Assembly: GCA_024704765.1 (NCBI GenBank)
Contig: JAKMXF010000077.1
Location: forward strand, 152,850-216,849
Source of the DNA: Oopsacas minuta
Lineage: Eukaryota; Animalia; Porifera
Direction: 5' to 3'
DNA length: 64,000 bases
A model generated the notes under the pieces. It worked only from the letters and a program-made list of their open reading frames with translations. It did not search any database and was not told the DNA's origin. The position numbers and the translations under genes were made by a program. Numbering within the stretch: the first letter of the stretch is position 1; the number at the start of each line of letters is the position of its first letter. Below are positions 12,483-24,019 of this stretch, in pieces.

Positions 12483-13835
12483 ATATTCTCCAACTAGAGT
12501 CCTCAACACTTGTTCACTCTGTTGGGACCTCCTCCGCTTGGTTGGTTCCTTCCCAGCAAGGTAGTTAGTCTGCCGCACCTCCACTAGGCCCTGCTCACGC
12601 TTGAGGGCTAGGAGGAACTTCCATATGGTGGGGTGATGGCAGCCGACAGTGGCATTGAAGCTGCGGTGCCATGCCTCTACGGCGTTGGTTGTACGGGGGA
12701 GTCCGAAGGACGTACTGAAGTGGTAGTTCCACAGGCCAATGGGGATCGTCGCCGCTACATGGTATCCAGTGGCTAGCGTGCGACCGATATAAGTCCTCTC
12801 AAAGTAGTCGACTAGCTCGCCTATCTCAGACGAAAGGGGAGATCCATTGACACTTGCTCAAACAGATCGAGTACGTCTGCTGATCGGGCGAATGCAAGGG
12901 CTGGTATCTTCCGGATGCGCATGGGCAGCTCTTCGTCATGTGTGTAGCCAGACTGCACATGGCGCCAGATATTCTGTGTGAGGTGGAAGAAGCAGCACTT
13001 CACCACTGTGTTAGGTCAGACATGCTCAAAGTTGTTAATTGCGCCCTTCTCAAAGTCCAGAAGCATCTGTTCAGGCTGGGCAAGAGGACAGAGTAGGCGG
13101 ATCTGCTCCCACATCCTACGGTAGGTATCCTCTGTCTTATTGAGCAGCAGCACAAACAGACTCGGCAACAGATGACCAGTCTTCATAGGATCGTCTCCTC
13201 CTCGGAATCCATGCACCATATACACCTGGGCGAAGATGGGGGCGTCGTCTTGAAGGTGCCATCAGCTAGCCAGATCTTGCTTTGCTGTAGCATCCCGAGG
13301 TTGCGTTGTGTCCCGAAGTTGAGGAATCTATGTGGATAGTCTTCCCCAGAGTCATAGAGTAGGAACTGTTCCCCCTTGGCTGTTCGCTGGTATTCTGCAG
13401 GTAGAACCAACTCTGCTAGGGCGGTAGGCTGCACTAGAGCTGATAATACACTTGCACGCTGACGCTGTATCGTCCGCTTCAGGCTGTCCAGCTCAGGTAG
13501 TTTAGCAGCAGTACCCTCTGATGCTGTTAGCATACCCTCACCGATTATGTGATGCAAGCTATTCTGTGTGTCCCGTGCTTTGCTCTTGATGCCGGCCTTA
13601 TCTCACAGCAGGCCGTAGCCTGCACATCAGGTGCATGCAGATGCTCATTTGTACGCTTCACTATCTCCATTCCCTTCGTATGAATCCTTGCTTTATACTC
13701 TCCTCTCTGCTCACACTGCCAATGTGTCATTTCTCCAACTCTCCTGTGCCTCAAGTATACGCATCCTCCTTCTAATAGCCTTTCTCCTCCTTTGTTTGTA
13801 CTGATCACCCGGAAGGAGGGCTGATCAGGGTCCAT
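12483..13835 (-). pseudogene. Inverted, 3'-truncated copy of the same MULE transposase
   Basis: ORFs 13835-13545, 13557-13183, 13225-13016 and 13006-12821 translate identically to their plus-strand mirrors. The last ~25 codons are missing. Confidence 0.92.
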
Positions 13836-14982
13836 TGATAAAATGACGAGTTGTTAAAAGAATATAAAATGTAGGAAATAATATTTAGCTGATAATGCAA
13901 GCTGTAAAATAATACAGTTACAACAATTAAATAGAACTACACAGGTGACTTTCCATGTTTTCTGGCAAACATACAAATTAATTTCGCATCTTCTCCATCA
14001 ATGGAATTAATTACTACGTATGTATTCCTGATATAAATTCGTTACCTTTACTATAAATCATCTTACCTCACTTTGTTAACACAGAAATTCTATGTTTAGG
14101 TTTGCGATATCAAAACTGTAATATTAGATTCTTCTGAAATCATTCATCCCAAATTAATTGATTATATTTGCAATATTATTTAGCCATTCAAAAGCTGTTA
14201 AATTATTAACAAACATTGACCAGTCAAAAGTGGAGCGAAATGTCGTGGAACGTTTTGTCGCTAGAACATTTTGTCGGTATCCGGTTTCCTCTAACGAATC
14301 AATCAAAGTGAGATATGAAATTCTTTTTAGCATTACTGAACCGCAAATCCCGATTAATTCAGGAGTTAGAGTGGTATCAAAAATAATTGCACATATATAC
14401 GTATAGTATATGTTATTATGTCGATGTGACTGACGTCATCATTAAACAGTGGCTAAACCACAATACTGAAGACTTCCATTATGTGAAAATTTGTAGCTTT
14501 CAAACGGAAGTTTTCCATCTGGCGAATAATTTAAACTGGATTCTCTTTTTACTTAATTCATCAGCTGGTTTCCTATCGGTATCATAGAGTAGTCTATGGA
14601 TTGATAAGGTATATAAAATGTTATGATTATGGAGCGTTCTAGAGTTACAGTAGAACAACAACAACTGATGGAATATTCGTATATATCCAAAGATACATGA
14701 AAATGAATAATTATTACATAATTAGTCTAGTAAACTCATTTCGTAAACCGAATTTGCGTAGTTCAAATTGAATATCCTTGTTTCCATATTGACATCGGTG
14801 AGGTAAATGTCAAGATCAATACACTCCAGTAGTGGCGGAGATGATTGAGGGGAGGGTGGGAACCGAGATGAAAAACTCGAGATGGAAAGAGTAGGTCAAA
14901 TGTGAAGAAAGAGTTAGACAAAATATACGAATAGAAGACCGGAGATTTGAATTAGAGAGAGAAAAGTAATATGTAGTATAAA

Positions 14983-15155
14983 GAAATCTGTATAAGACAT
15001 AGAATCTAAGAAAGTGGCAATTCAAAACTGTATAACAGACAGAAATCGAAAAATGTTGGATGGTGAAATCTGGATGAGACAAGGAAGTTAAGAAAGGGGC
15101 AATTCACAACTGTATAAGAAATAGAAATAGAAAAGGTTGATAGCGAAATCTGTAT
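14983..15155 (+). repeat. Degenerate tandem repeat, ~81-bp period, ~2 units
   Basis: GAAATCTG at 14983, 15065 and 15145; AAGAAAG(T/G)GGCAATTCA(A/C)AACTGTATAA occurs twice. Confidence 0.55.
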
Positions 15156-18100
15156 AAATGGGATTATTACGTCATAATGACTATACCAAAATCGAAAACT
15201 ACTCAAATTATGAAGATTTTAGAATATCTAATTACCTAATGCATAAAGGGCCAGATTATTGGCCAAAAGTATTGCAGCAGCTTCAGTAACCAGTATTTCA
15301 ATATAAGGCCATAAATGGAATGGGCCATGGATATTCTAAAGTCAAAATTTCACCAAAAAATTATTCTCGTTGCATGTAGCGCCGAGTATAATACCTAGTC
15401 ACGTAGCGAACCAGACCATCATGAAATTTAGTCATGTAATACTTCAGTTAATCTGAGGCACTAAGCTGTGGCAAACCTTAGCAAGCGAAGCGGGTTAGTA
15501 TATATATACATATAGCGATTAATTGCAATTTAATCAATCTGTATGAATATATACTTGCACGTGTATACAGGCAAACCTGCTTAGCGGCCACTTCCACATA
15601 GCGAGCAACTAAAACAGTTGAAACAAATTATTCAGTATGATGAACTCTCTATAGCGACCAGGAATTTAGCCATTAATGGCATAAACATGGGTATAAAGGT
15701 CAATACCTCTATACATTGGTAAGTTTCCAAATATCGAAAAAATTACAAATTGTATAATACTCAAGGCACTAATTACATAGATTAGTATCCAAAAGCGATC
15801 TGGCAGCTCCACCATCACTCCAGAAGGCCATTAAATAAAATTTTGGGGACTATGGACTGGAAGCACGTAGTGCCGAGCATATTTTGTGGCGTAGGGACCA
15901 ATAATAAATAAATTTAGCTGTATAATTTTCAGCCAAACTATAGTTATATGCTATCGCGCAGCGACCCAACAAGCAAAGTGTTCTACTAAGAATTTTTGTA
16001 CATAAGAACTTAGAAATATCCTAAGAATTTTCTAAGAATTGAAAGATTCTTGAAAATATACTTCAAATGAAATCATACATTCTTTCTGTTGGCGGATACT
16101 AGTAGAATTCTGAGTCTGCATATATATTGAAGCGAAGAACCTAGTGAAAATCATTTCTCTAGAAGAGGTACCATGGGCTAGAGAAATATTGGAGGACAAA
16201 GTGTTACACTCGCCTCTTAGAAAGGGTTAGGACAAACGCCCATGCTCCCGTGGATCTACGACCTTGTAATGTAGTACACATTGGCCAGAGCGATTTGATC
16301 TAAACTAAAGCGGATATTGACAAATCTTCTCCTATGCTTGATATATAAAATAACTCAGTAGAGTATCAAGTTGATAATTGCAAATATCAAAAATATATAC
16401 GACTGTGAAACTAGCAAGATATTCGATCAGGGTTGGTTTAATCTGAAATTTGTCCTACTTATAATCATCAGATTGACACTAAAATTTTATTCGGTAGAGA
16501 AATGTTGGAAGTTTACAAAGTATAATTTTCTATAAGATTTCTAACTTTTACCTATCTATTTTGTCATGACGAGTAGGGTCGCTTCTCTATTAGAAAAGAA
16601 CCCAGAAGTGATAATTCGGATCTGAAAATTCTGTCGATATTTGTGAGACATAGAAGTTTATGAAAATGAATTTCATCAAAAAATCCAAAAACAAATTCAA
16701 TTCAATAATTTCAAAAACACAAATTCCAAGCAAAGCAGATACAAGTATCCTAACTAGAAGTCAGAGTTATCTTTGAGAGTGAGTATCAGATTACAAAATG
16801 TAAGGTCAATTGGAATTGATATTTGTCATCCAAATCAAACTCAAACTGTGATATTTTGATAACAATCGATAGCTGAGAATTAGACGTTCACCATGATATC
16901 TGGAAAATCATGAAATTCAGAAAGATACAGCCAGGATGGGGCTTTAAAAATGGCATAATTCTAGTTTATATGTATATTCTAAATTTCTTTTTATGTAGAT
17001 TCAAATTTTAACAATAATTCAGTCCCAGACTCGCCTCAACTTTACAGTCTCCTTCATTTATAGTAGATAATTCAATTTCCTATAAAGGAAAAGGGATCGC
17101 TAGTACTTTTCAATTACTATTAGAAAAAATTTATTTTGTGAAAATGTTTTGATCCATTAACCACCTTTCATATCCACATCCCCTAGTACAAACTAGACTA
17201 ACTCATAAGACTAATGAGCATGACTATTATTTATCGTGTAGAGCAACATATTATAACATAACTCTTGGTTCCCATTATAATGTTGCTAAAACAATCGATA
17301 ACGAAAGAGTAAAATACGAAAATTGCGAACTATATTTTTAACCATCATAATGAACTATGGATACTGACAAAAAATCATACATGTAGCTTCCCCCATTTGA
17401 ATCATACTTCAGTATTTCTGATAACTGGTTATTGTTTTGCGTTTTCGCATTTTTTTGCTTTCTCTTTGCTTTTCTTGACATGCGACATCATCATCTTTAT
17501 CCAATTTTACTTATACTTTCACCTATGTTCATGATTACTATTGATTTATGGCGTACTTGGAATGGCTTGCACTCTCTCATTTAATCAAACAAGTCCGGTC
17601 CTTCTTATGATTCGCTCTTCGCTTCTTTAACTACATCCTTACTGTTTACTAATTCCTTTCTTGTAGACGGAATTTTGAGCACATTACTCTATAGGTCAGT
17701 ATGAAGCCCAGTACATAAAAACAATATAACTATTTGTTGCAATTTTTTGGGGTAAGACCACTCTTTTCCATATTTCAACCAGTCCACAGCCTATGAAACT
17801 ACAGTGGGGCCGAAAGTGTGTATTTTAGGTGAGTTTGGAAATTGTGTCTATAGAATGATTTGTGCTTGATTCACCTTCTATGATGATATTTGAAGGAGAA
17901 TCAGCTTGGTCACAAGTCTTGTCATCTCCACGATTGTTTATTCTCGGCCACTTTGAACACATTTTGTTGATGTTGAAATCTTATAACTCATTCATGGTCA
18001 CTTGAACATATTTAGGAATTTCTTCCATAGCAACACAGGATTGTGGTACGTTCAATTACCAAAAATCGTCCCAAACATATCGAATAATCTCAAATTCGAT

Positions 18101-18331
18101 GCCGCTAGGTTAGTTGAGTCTACATTAGCACATATCAGCCCTCTATATGGCTTGTCAACATGAATATATTGGATTCGCTCAGGGGCCTCCAAATTCTCTC
18201 ATATTTCCTACAATTAAGAGATTAGATTAAATGTTTTTGAGAGTTATTATATGTATAAATGCAAAATCACCAAATATGAAGCAAACTACTGTATATTACC
18301 AAGTAGTATATATTATGGTAGTAATACGTAT

Positions 18332-18576
18332 ATTTGTTAATTTGGATTGTTCTGTAACTGCACATCATAGAAAATTACAAAATCTATTTCTTTGGGGCGG
18401 GACTTTATCCAATATCTATCCAGTTGGAACTCTGTGCATTGTAACAAACACAGAGGCGAGAGTTGCCATAATATACAGGGTTCCAACTGGATAGATATTG
18501 GATAAAGTCCCGTCAGAAAGAAATAGATTTTGTAATTTCCATGATTGCAGTTAATCGATACTCCAAATCAACAAAT
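18332..18576. repeat. ~100-bp inverted repeat with 41-bp spacer (TIR-like ends facing inward)
   Basis: 18332-18434 is the reverse complement of 18476-18576, with near-identical core GGGACTTTATCCAATATCTATCCAGTTGGAAC. Inner end of the right arm is TA|CAGGGTTCC. Confidence 0.85.
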
Positions 18577-19561
18577 TTATGAGCCCCAAACATATACAAC
18601 TTGAGAAAATACGGCGGTTTGCTCTACATTCATGGATTTTATATTTACACATATGATTACTCCTATAACCTTAAATGAAATCGGGAAATTTTAGGAAATA
18701 CGCATGTGAAAATTAACAAGAAAATTTGGAGGACACGGGCAGCTCAAACAAAAGTTAAAAAGTTATCTAGAGGGGTGGTATGTGAAAATGCACGCTTAGC
18801 TAATCTAGTGGTATCTAATAAGGGGTTATTCTTTAGTTTCAGGACTATATTTGAGAATGGAATCTACACATTCCTGCGTTATATGGGACAATTCCCTAGT
18901 AACGCACATTTCACAAATATATTCGAGTGACCACTTAAACGAAGAGAAAATTTCACTGAACACGACAGTCGATAAAGAAATTTGATTCGAAATAACTGAA
19001 TAGGAGGTATAAGCATTTAAATATCTGTAAATGTGCTCAAAGTGGCAATAATAAATTACTGAAAACACTCACGGTTGAGAATATATCACCCTGCACTTTC
19101 TTGAAACATATACCCTAAACGTTCAATATCAGCATAATAGAACTATAGACATGAATTCCACATCCTTCACTAGTTCTGCAGGACTACAATAGCAAATTCA
19201 CAGTATTTAACCATGGATTACTTCAAGTCCATATAATGAGATAGGAATTCTAATACCCTCTTTTTCTTTAGAGCATATTGTTACATTTGCCATGTCATCC
19301 AACTATTGCGGTTTCGTAGGGATTTTCCCAGTTTTTTTACACAGCAATACTGTATATATTGAAGTTGAATAAATTTCATATATTTTGGCACCTAACAAGG
19401 ATTTTTATATAAAGATCTAAAAATTGCTTTGAATTTTTCTAATTGAAAAATTCAATTTTGGATGAATTTCAATTAAATAACTCAACCAGAATTTTATGAA
19501 TAAATTAGCTATAAGTATGAGTAACTTTCTTATGTTCATTTAGGGAAGCAATTTCTATTAC

Positions 19562-19586
19562 AGTGAGAGGGCGAAGCCCTCTCACT
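19562..19586. repeat. Perfect 11-bp-stem hairpin with GAA loop
   Basis: AGTGAGAGGGC-GAA-GCCCTCTCACT. Confidence 0.85.
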
Positions 19587-20477
19587 TTGAGGACAGAACG
19601 CCCTGGCAGGCCAGAACTTAATGTTCACTATGGAAACGTCGTAGAATGCGGCCCAAAGGTCAAAATGACTGTTTCATGACTTAGCAATATTCAAAATTAC
19701 TCTACTTAACCGAATACAGCCGAAGTGTCTCGTTTGTAATTAAAAATAACACTAAAATTTATCACTGAATTTTAAACCAATTCCAGGACCAAAAACGGGA
19801 TTCTAGCACATTTTTGATGCAATAAAATTACACATTTTCCCAGACAGTAATCGGTTAATGTATATTCATCTATAGAATCCTTGAAAATACACTGGCATAG
19901 AAGATGCACAATTCATAATTTGGCAGAACTCAAAAATGAAAGTATGTTGAACAACATACTTTCATTTTTCCAAACAGATGATGTCATTTCAAACTGGTAA
20001 TACAGAGGATGCTGGTTGTAAGAACATTTTGTATATGACATGCAGGGTATAAAAACAGTATATGCAAAGGAATTGCATATTATGTTTTTATGACCGACAT
20101 GTCGTATACAATGGATATCGCTTATAGGAACACACATATGGGTAACAAAAAATGTTTTCATAACTAAAAGTATCGTATTGCCGCCTAGCTCCTATTAATA
20201 CATGTGAACTTCTTTCCAGAGGATGAAAACATTTCTAGCATGTTCGAAAACCTGTGTTCTTATTTTCGGTGCAATTGTATAGGGGTATAGGCAACACTTT
20301 TCCAGTAGAATGTTCTTTTATCGGGTGTGGATCGTTATGTCGCACAAAAAATCGAAGGAGTCGAATACATAAGATTCGGTTAATCGAGCTAGTTCACATA
20401 TCCGGAATATTCTTAACTGCTATATATAAATCAGATTGGAATTTCATGCGACTAATGCATTCCCAGTCCTTAATCTA

Positions 20478-21838
20478 CCGGTTGGGCCAAAAAAAATAGA
20501 ACCCATGCCAAATTTGTTATTTCTCTACTTTCTTCAAGGGTAGAGAATTAAAACTTAAATATTATCTACTTCCAAGTCTATAAATCAAAAATGCAAAGTT
20601 TAGACTATCTTAGCTCAAGTGGTTCTTAATCTATAGAACATGTTCGAGATGGCATCCATTTAGATTTGCTCATTTCCAGTGGTAAAACAAAGTTCTGCAT
20701 CACGGATTAGGAAGTTGTCGTTGAGATGCTTCTCATTTCCTCCTCGATCTTTTTCTTGAGTTCCCCGAGTGTTCTTGGCTTTGTAGTATATACCCTGTCC
20801 TTCAGGAACCCCAGGACGTAATTGTCTGGAGGACTGAGATCCGGAGAGTAGGGTGCCCACTCACAGTCACACCTGCGACTGATCACTCGGCCTCCGAAGT
20901 GGTTCTTGATCCAATTTAGGCTTTTGTTGGAGATATGGGGTGCTCCATCCTGTTGGAACCAGAATTTGGGCAGGTTCCCCTATAGCTCTCTTCTAGCTCT
21001 TTCGAGAAGACTTCCAGGATCTTAAGGTAACGGTCGGTACTAATCGTCACACTCTATTCTTGCTCCTCGAAGAACAGGGACCAACTACCCCTTTCATTGA
21101 GAATGCAGCCCAAAATGTGACCTTCTGAGAATGTATAGGTTTTTCTGTCACTTCTGCTGGTGGTTCTGAACCCCAGTAGTCGTTGTTTCTAGAATTCACC
21201 TGCCCATCAAGATGGAAATGAAGTTCGTCCGTTGTCCAGAGATGGTCTAAGAAGGTCTCTGATGTCTCAATCTTAGCAAGTAACTACTTAGCCATATCAA
21301 ATCTCTTCACCTTGTCGCCATTTATGAGTTTCAGATGTATCTGTATACGGTATGCATATAGTTTTAAGCAATCATGAAGAACCCTGCGAAGTGTAGCGCG
21401 CGATAAGCCAACCAATTGACACCTCTTTCTTGTCGACCTCTTTGGGGAGTGAAGAACTGACTGACGAACATCTTCGATAACTTCATTCGTATGGATGTTC
21501 GTCCTCCCTAAGGGCTCAAACGACTATCTAATATAGAGTGGAGGTTTTTAACAGTGCCCTCCTGTTCAAATTTCTTGATCCATCCAAAGATAATGGATTC
21601 GCTAGGTGCTTTTGGCTGCTTAAAATCTTGCGAAAATTTTGGTCTGTACAGCATTGTAAGAACGTAACCAATAATAGAGCTTGAGACAGTATATCTGCTT
21701 CTCTGTGCTCCACTGCTTGTCATTACAGCTCCTATGAAAGGTATCAACCATATCCCAATATATTATTTAATCAGTACAAAAGGTATAAGCAGAATGACCC
21801 AATATCACTTCGGGTTCTGTTTTTTTTGGCCCAACAGG
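20478..21838 (-). mobile_element. Tc1/mariner rosa-type (DD41D-like) element, decayed
   Basis: 27-bp TIRs CCGGTTGGGCCAAAAAAAATAGAACCC (2 mismatches), TA flanks. Minus-strand motifs WTTDELHFHLDGQVN, FWFQQDGA and WAPYSPDLSPPD; same family as 35936-37269. Confidence 0.88.
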
Positions 21839-21910
21839 TATTGGAGTCCAGTATAAGAAATTTCTACTACGGCCTCCTTTTTTCCACCTAAATATCCTCC
21901 TTCATATAGA

Positions 21911-23200
21911 CAAGGTGACAATTAAGTTCTTATACACGAATATACCCTGGTTTTTCCTAAAATAGTTATTCTTTCAATCTAAATTTTCACTGACAGTTAA
22001 AGCATAGTATAATAAATCTTTCTATCCAATTCTACTCGATATAGCCGCCTTTTGCCTTTACTACAGCTTTAAGTCGTCCTTGAAACCGTTAGAAAGATAT
22101 ACGAAGTTCTTCTTGCGGATTTTCTCCTATTCTGTAATCAAAGCCTTCCGCAGAGATTACATTGTCTATGCGAGTAGCGCAGGCTCTGCTCTGTAAAGTG
22201 CCCAGACCGCATAGTCAGGTGGATTCAAATCCAGACTTCAAGAAAGCCATTCTTCCTAGGCAAAAAGTCAATATTTTCCCACAAAATCCAGGATTGAGTT
22301 GGTTTCGAGGCATGCGCTGGCGCAGAGTACTGCTGGAATATCCAGGTGTGTTTTTAACAAGGATGAACCAGCAGATTTGATTACAGGCTCAAGAATCAAC
22401 TCTTTATATGTTTGCGAATTAATCTTCACCCCTTATTGGAAAAAAATCAATTTGTCCGAGATTCCGCGGATACTCCGGCCCAGACCATCACAGAAAGCGG
22501 TCTTTGCACTCGATCCATGAATTTAATGCTCTCAGGGATGTCTTTGGAATACGACACAATAATTCTACCATTTTGACGGTTAGTTACTTCTTCTACTGTG
22601 AAAATCTTTTCAACCGAAAACAATATCTGTTAATAATCTTCATTTACGAGGCGCCGCAGAAGCCTTTTGCACCTTTCAAGTCTTTTTACCCGAACAGTGA
22701 GAGTGAGATGATGAACTATTTGCCGTTTGAGTGATTCAAGTCCCAGGTTCTCGTGTATCACCTTTTGCAATGTTTCGCGATTAACAGAGTACTCCCTTGC
22801 CATCTTCTGGAATGACCGCCTGGGATTTCGGCGGATTTTTTCCCTTAGTGCTCTCGTACGAACTGTAGTCGGTCGGCCAGTTCGAGGCTTGTCCTCCACA
22901 CTTTTGGTATTATTATAATGTTTAATAGTACGATAAATGAATAATCCGTTGATCTTTTCACTTTTCAGCTTTTCAAAATCTCGCTTTATGTGCTCCCGGT
23001 TATCAATAGTGAGATAACTTTTGACCTCTTTACTTCCATGTTGAAATTTCAGATTTTATGCGTATATAGATTTAGATTACTGTTTGACCATAACAAGAAG
23101 ACATATAAGTTAGAATATAAATGATAGAAATGGTAATATAATACATTTGAAACGTATAAGATCTATTGGACTTATGTATCAGAACTTAATTGTCACCCTG
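21911..23200 (-). mobile_element. maT-type (DD37D-like) Tc1/mariner element, decayed
   Basis: 26-bp TIRs CAGGGTGACAATTAAGTTCTGATACA (2 mismatches), TA on the right flank. ORF 22899-22630 (EDKPRTGRPTTVRT..RRNPRRS) is homologous to the transposase at 58.9-60.0 kb. Confidence 0.85.
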
Positions 23201-24019
23201 TATATGCTCTATACTACTATGGTAATTTATATTATATTCTCTTGAGGGCTTAGTACCTATATAAACGGCAGAGGTCCCAATCAATTGCAAAAATCAGCGA
23301 TTCTCAAATATGCTATGGGAAACGCTGGATTTATTATGGGATCGTGTCGGTAAGATTTCTGAGGTTGTAAGAATGTGCAGAATTATGGCATTCAACAAGT
23401 ACGTCAGCAGTCAAAGTTTGTATTTAGGCACCGTCAAGGGTACTTGAATGTTAAAATAATTTCTCATTCATATCTAGATATTCTGGATATCCATGATAAT
23501 ACCCAACAGGGAGAAAACATAATAGATATATTGGAAATAAGATAAAAGAAATTAATTTTTATGGTTTAGTACTATATGAAATGCATCGTGGTAATCTACA
23601 AAATAGATTATAAAGTAAAAATATAGAAGTAATATATCAATGCACTGCTAGAACAAGATAACAGCGTAACTATTCTGAAATACTACAAGAATCATCATTC
23701 AAGTAAAATATTCGCTTTAGGCTTAGAATGTCCTAAAGAACGTACTTTAGAAATAATGTTTTACTAATATCAGATTCAGGAAACAAGGATTGTAATTTTA
23801 ACAATAAAGAAGCCAAGTCCTTAACGCCAGCGATATTAATAGTAGACTTTTTGGTTTCCCTGATTCATTTCGACCCATCATCGATGAGTTTAGAGAAAAT
23901 TGAAATAAAAAATACTTCGTCTCATTTGTATTGAAAGAGATTTCTATGATGAGACTTACCTTGAACCAGAGTTTCGTTAAGAGATTGGAGTTTTAAACTT
24001 TGAATCTTTATTCCAAACG

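Larger units (their letters stand above)
10476..14283. mobile_element. Palindromic FLYWCH-MULE (Mutator/Phantom-like) structure with ~1.8 kb inverted arms
   Basis: Arms ~10483-12276 and ~12483-14277 are mirror images (coordinate sum 24759 for all mirrored ORFs), with a ~206-bp spacer. Right terminus CGGATACCGACAAAA matches the start of the copy at 62578. Confidence 0.92.

Noticed and set aside
23295-23327. 33-bp hAT-like mini inverted repeat (CAGCGATTCTCA...TGGGAAACGCTG)
   Set aside because: Too short, and no 8-bp TSD.
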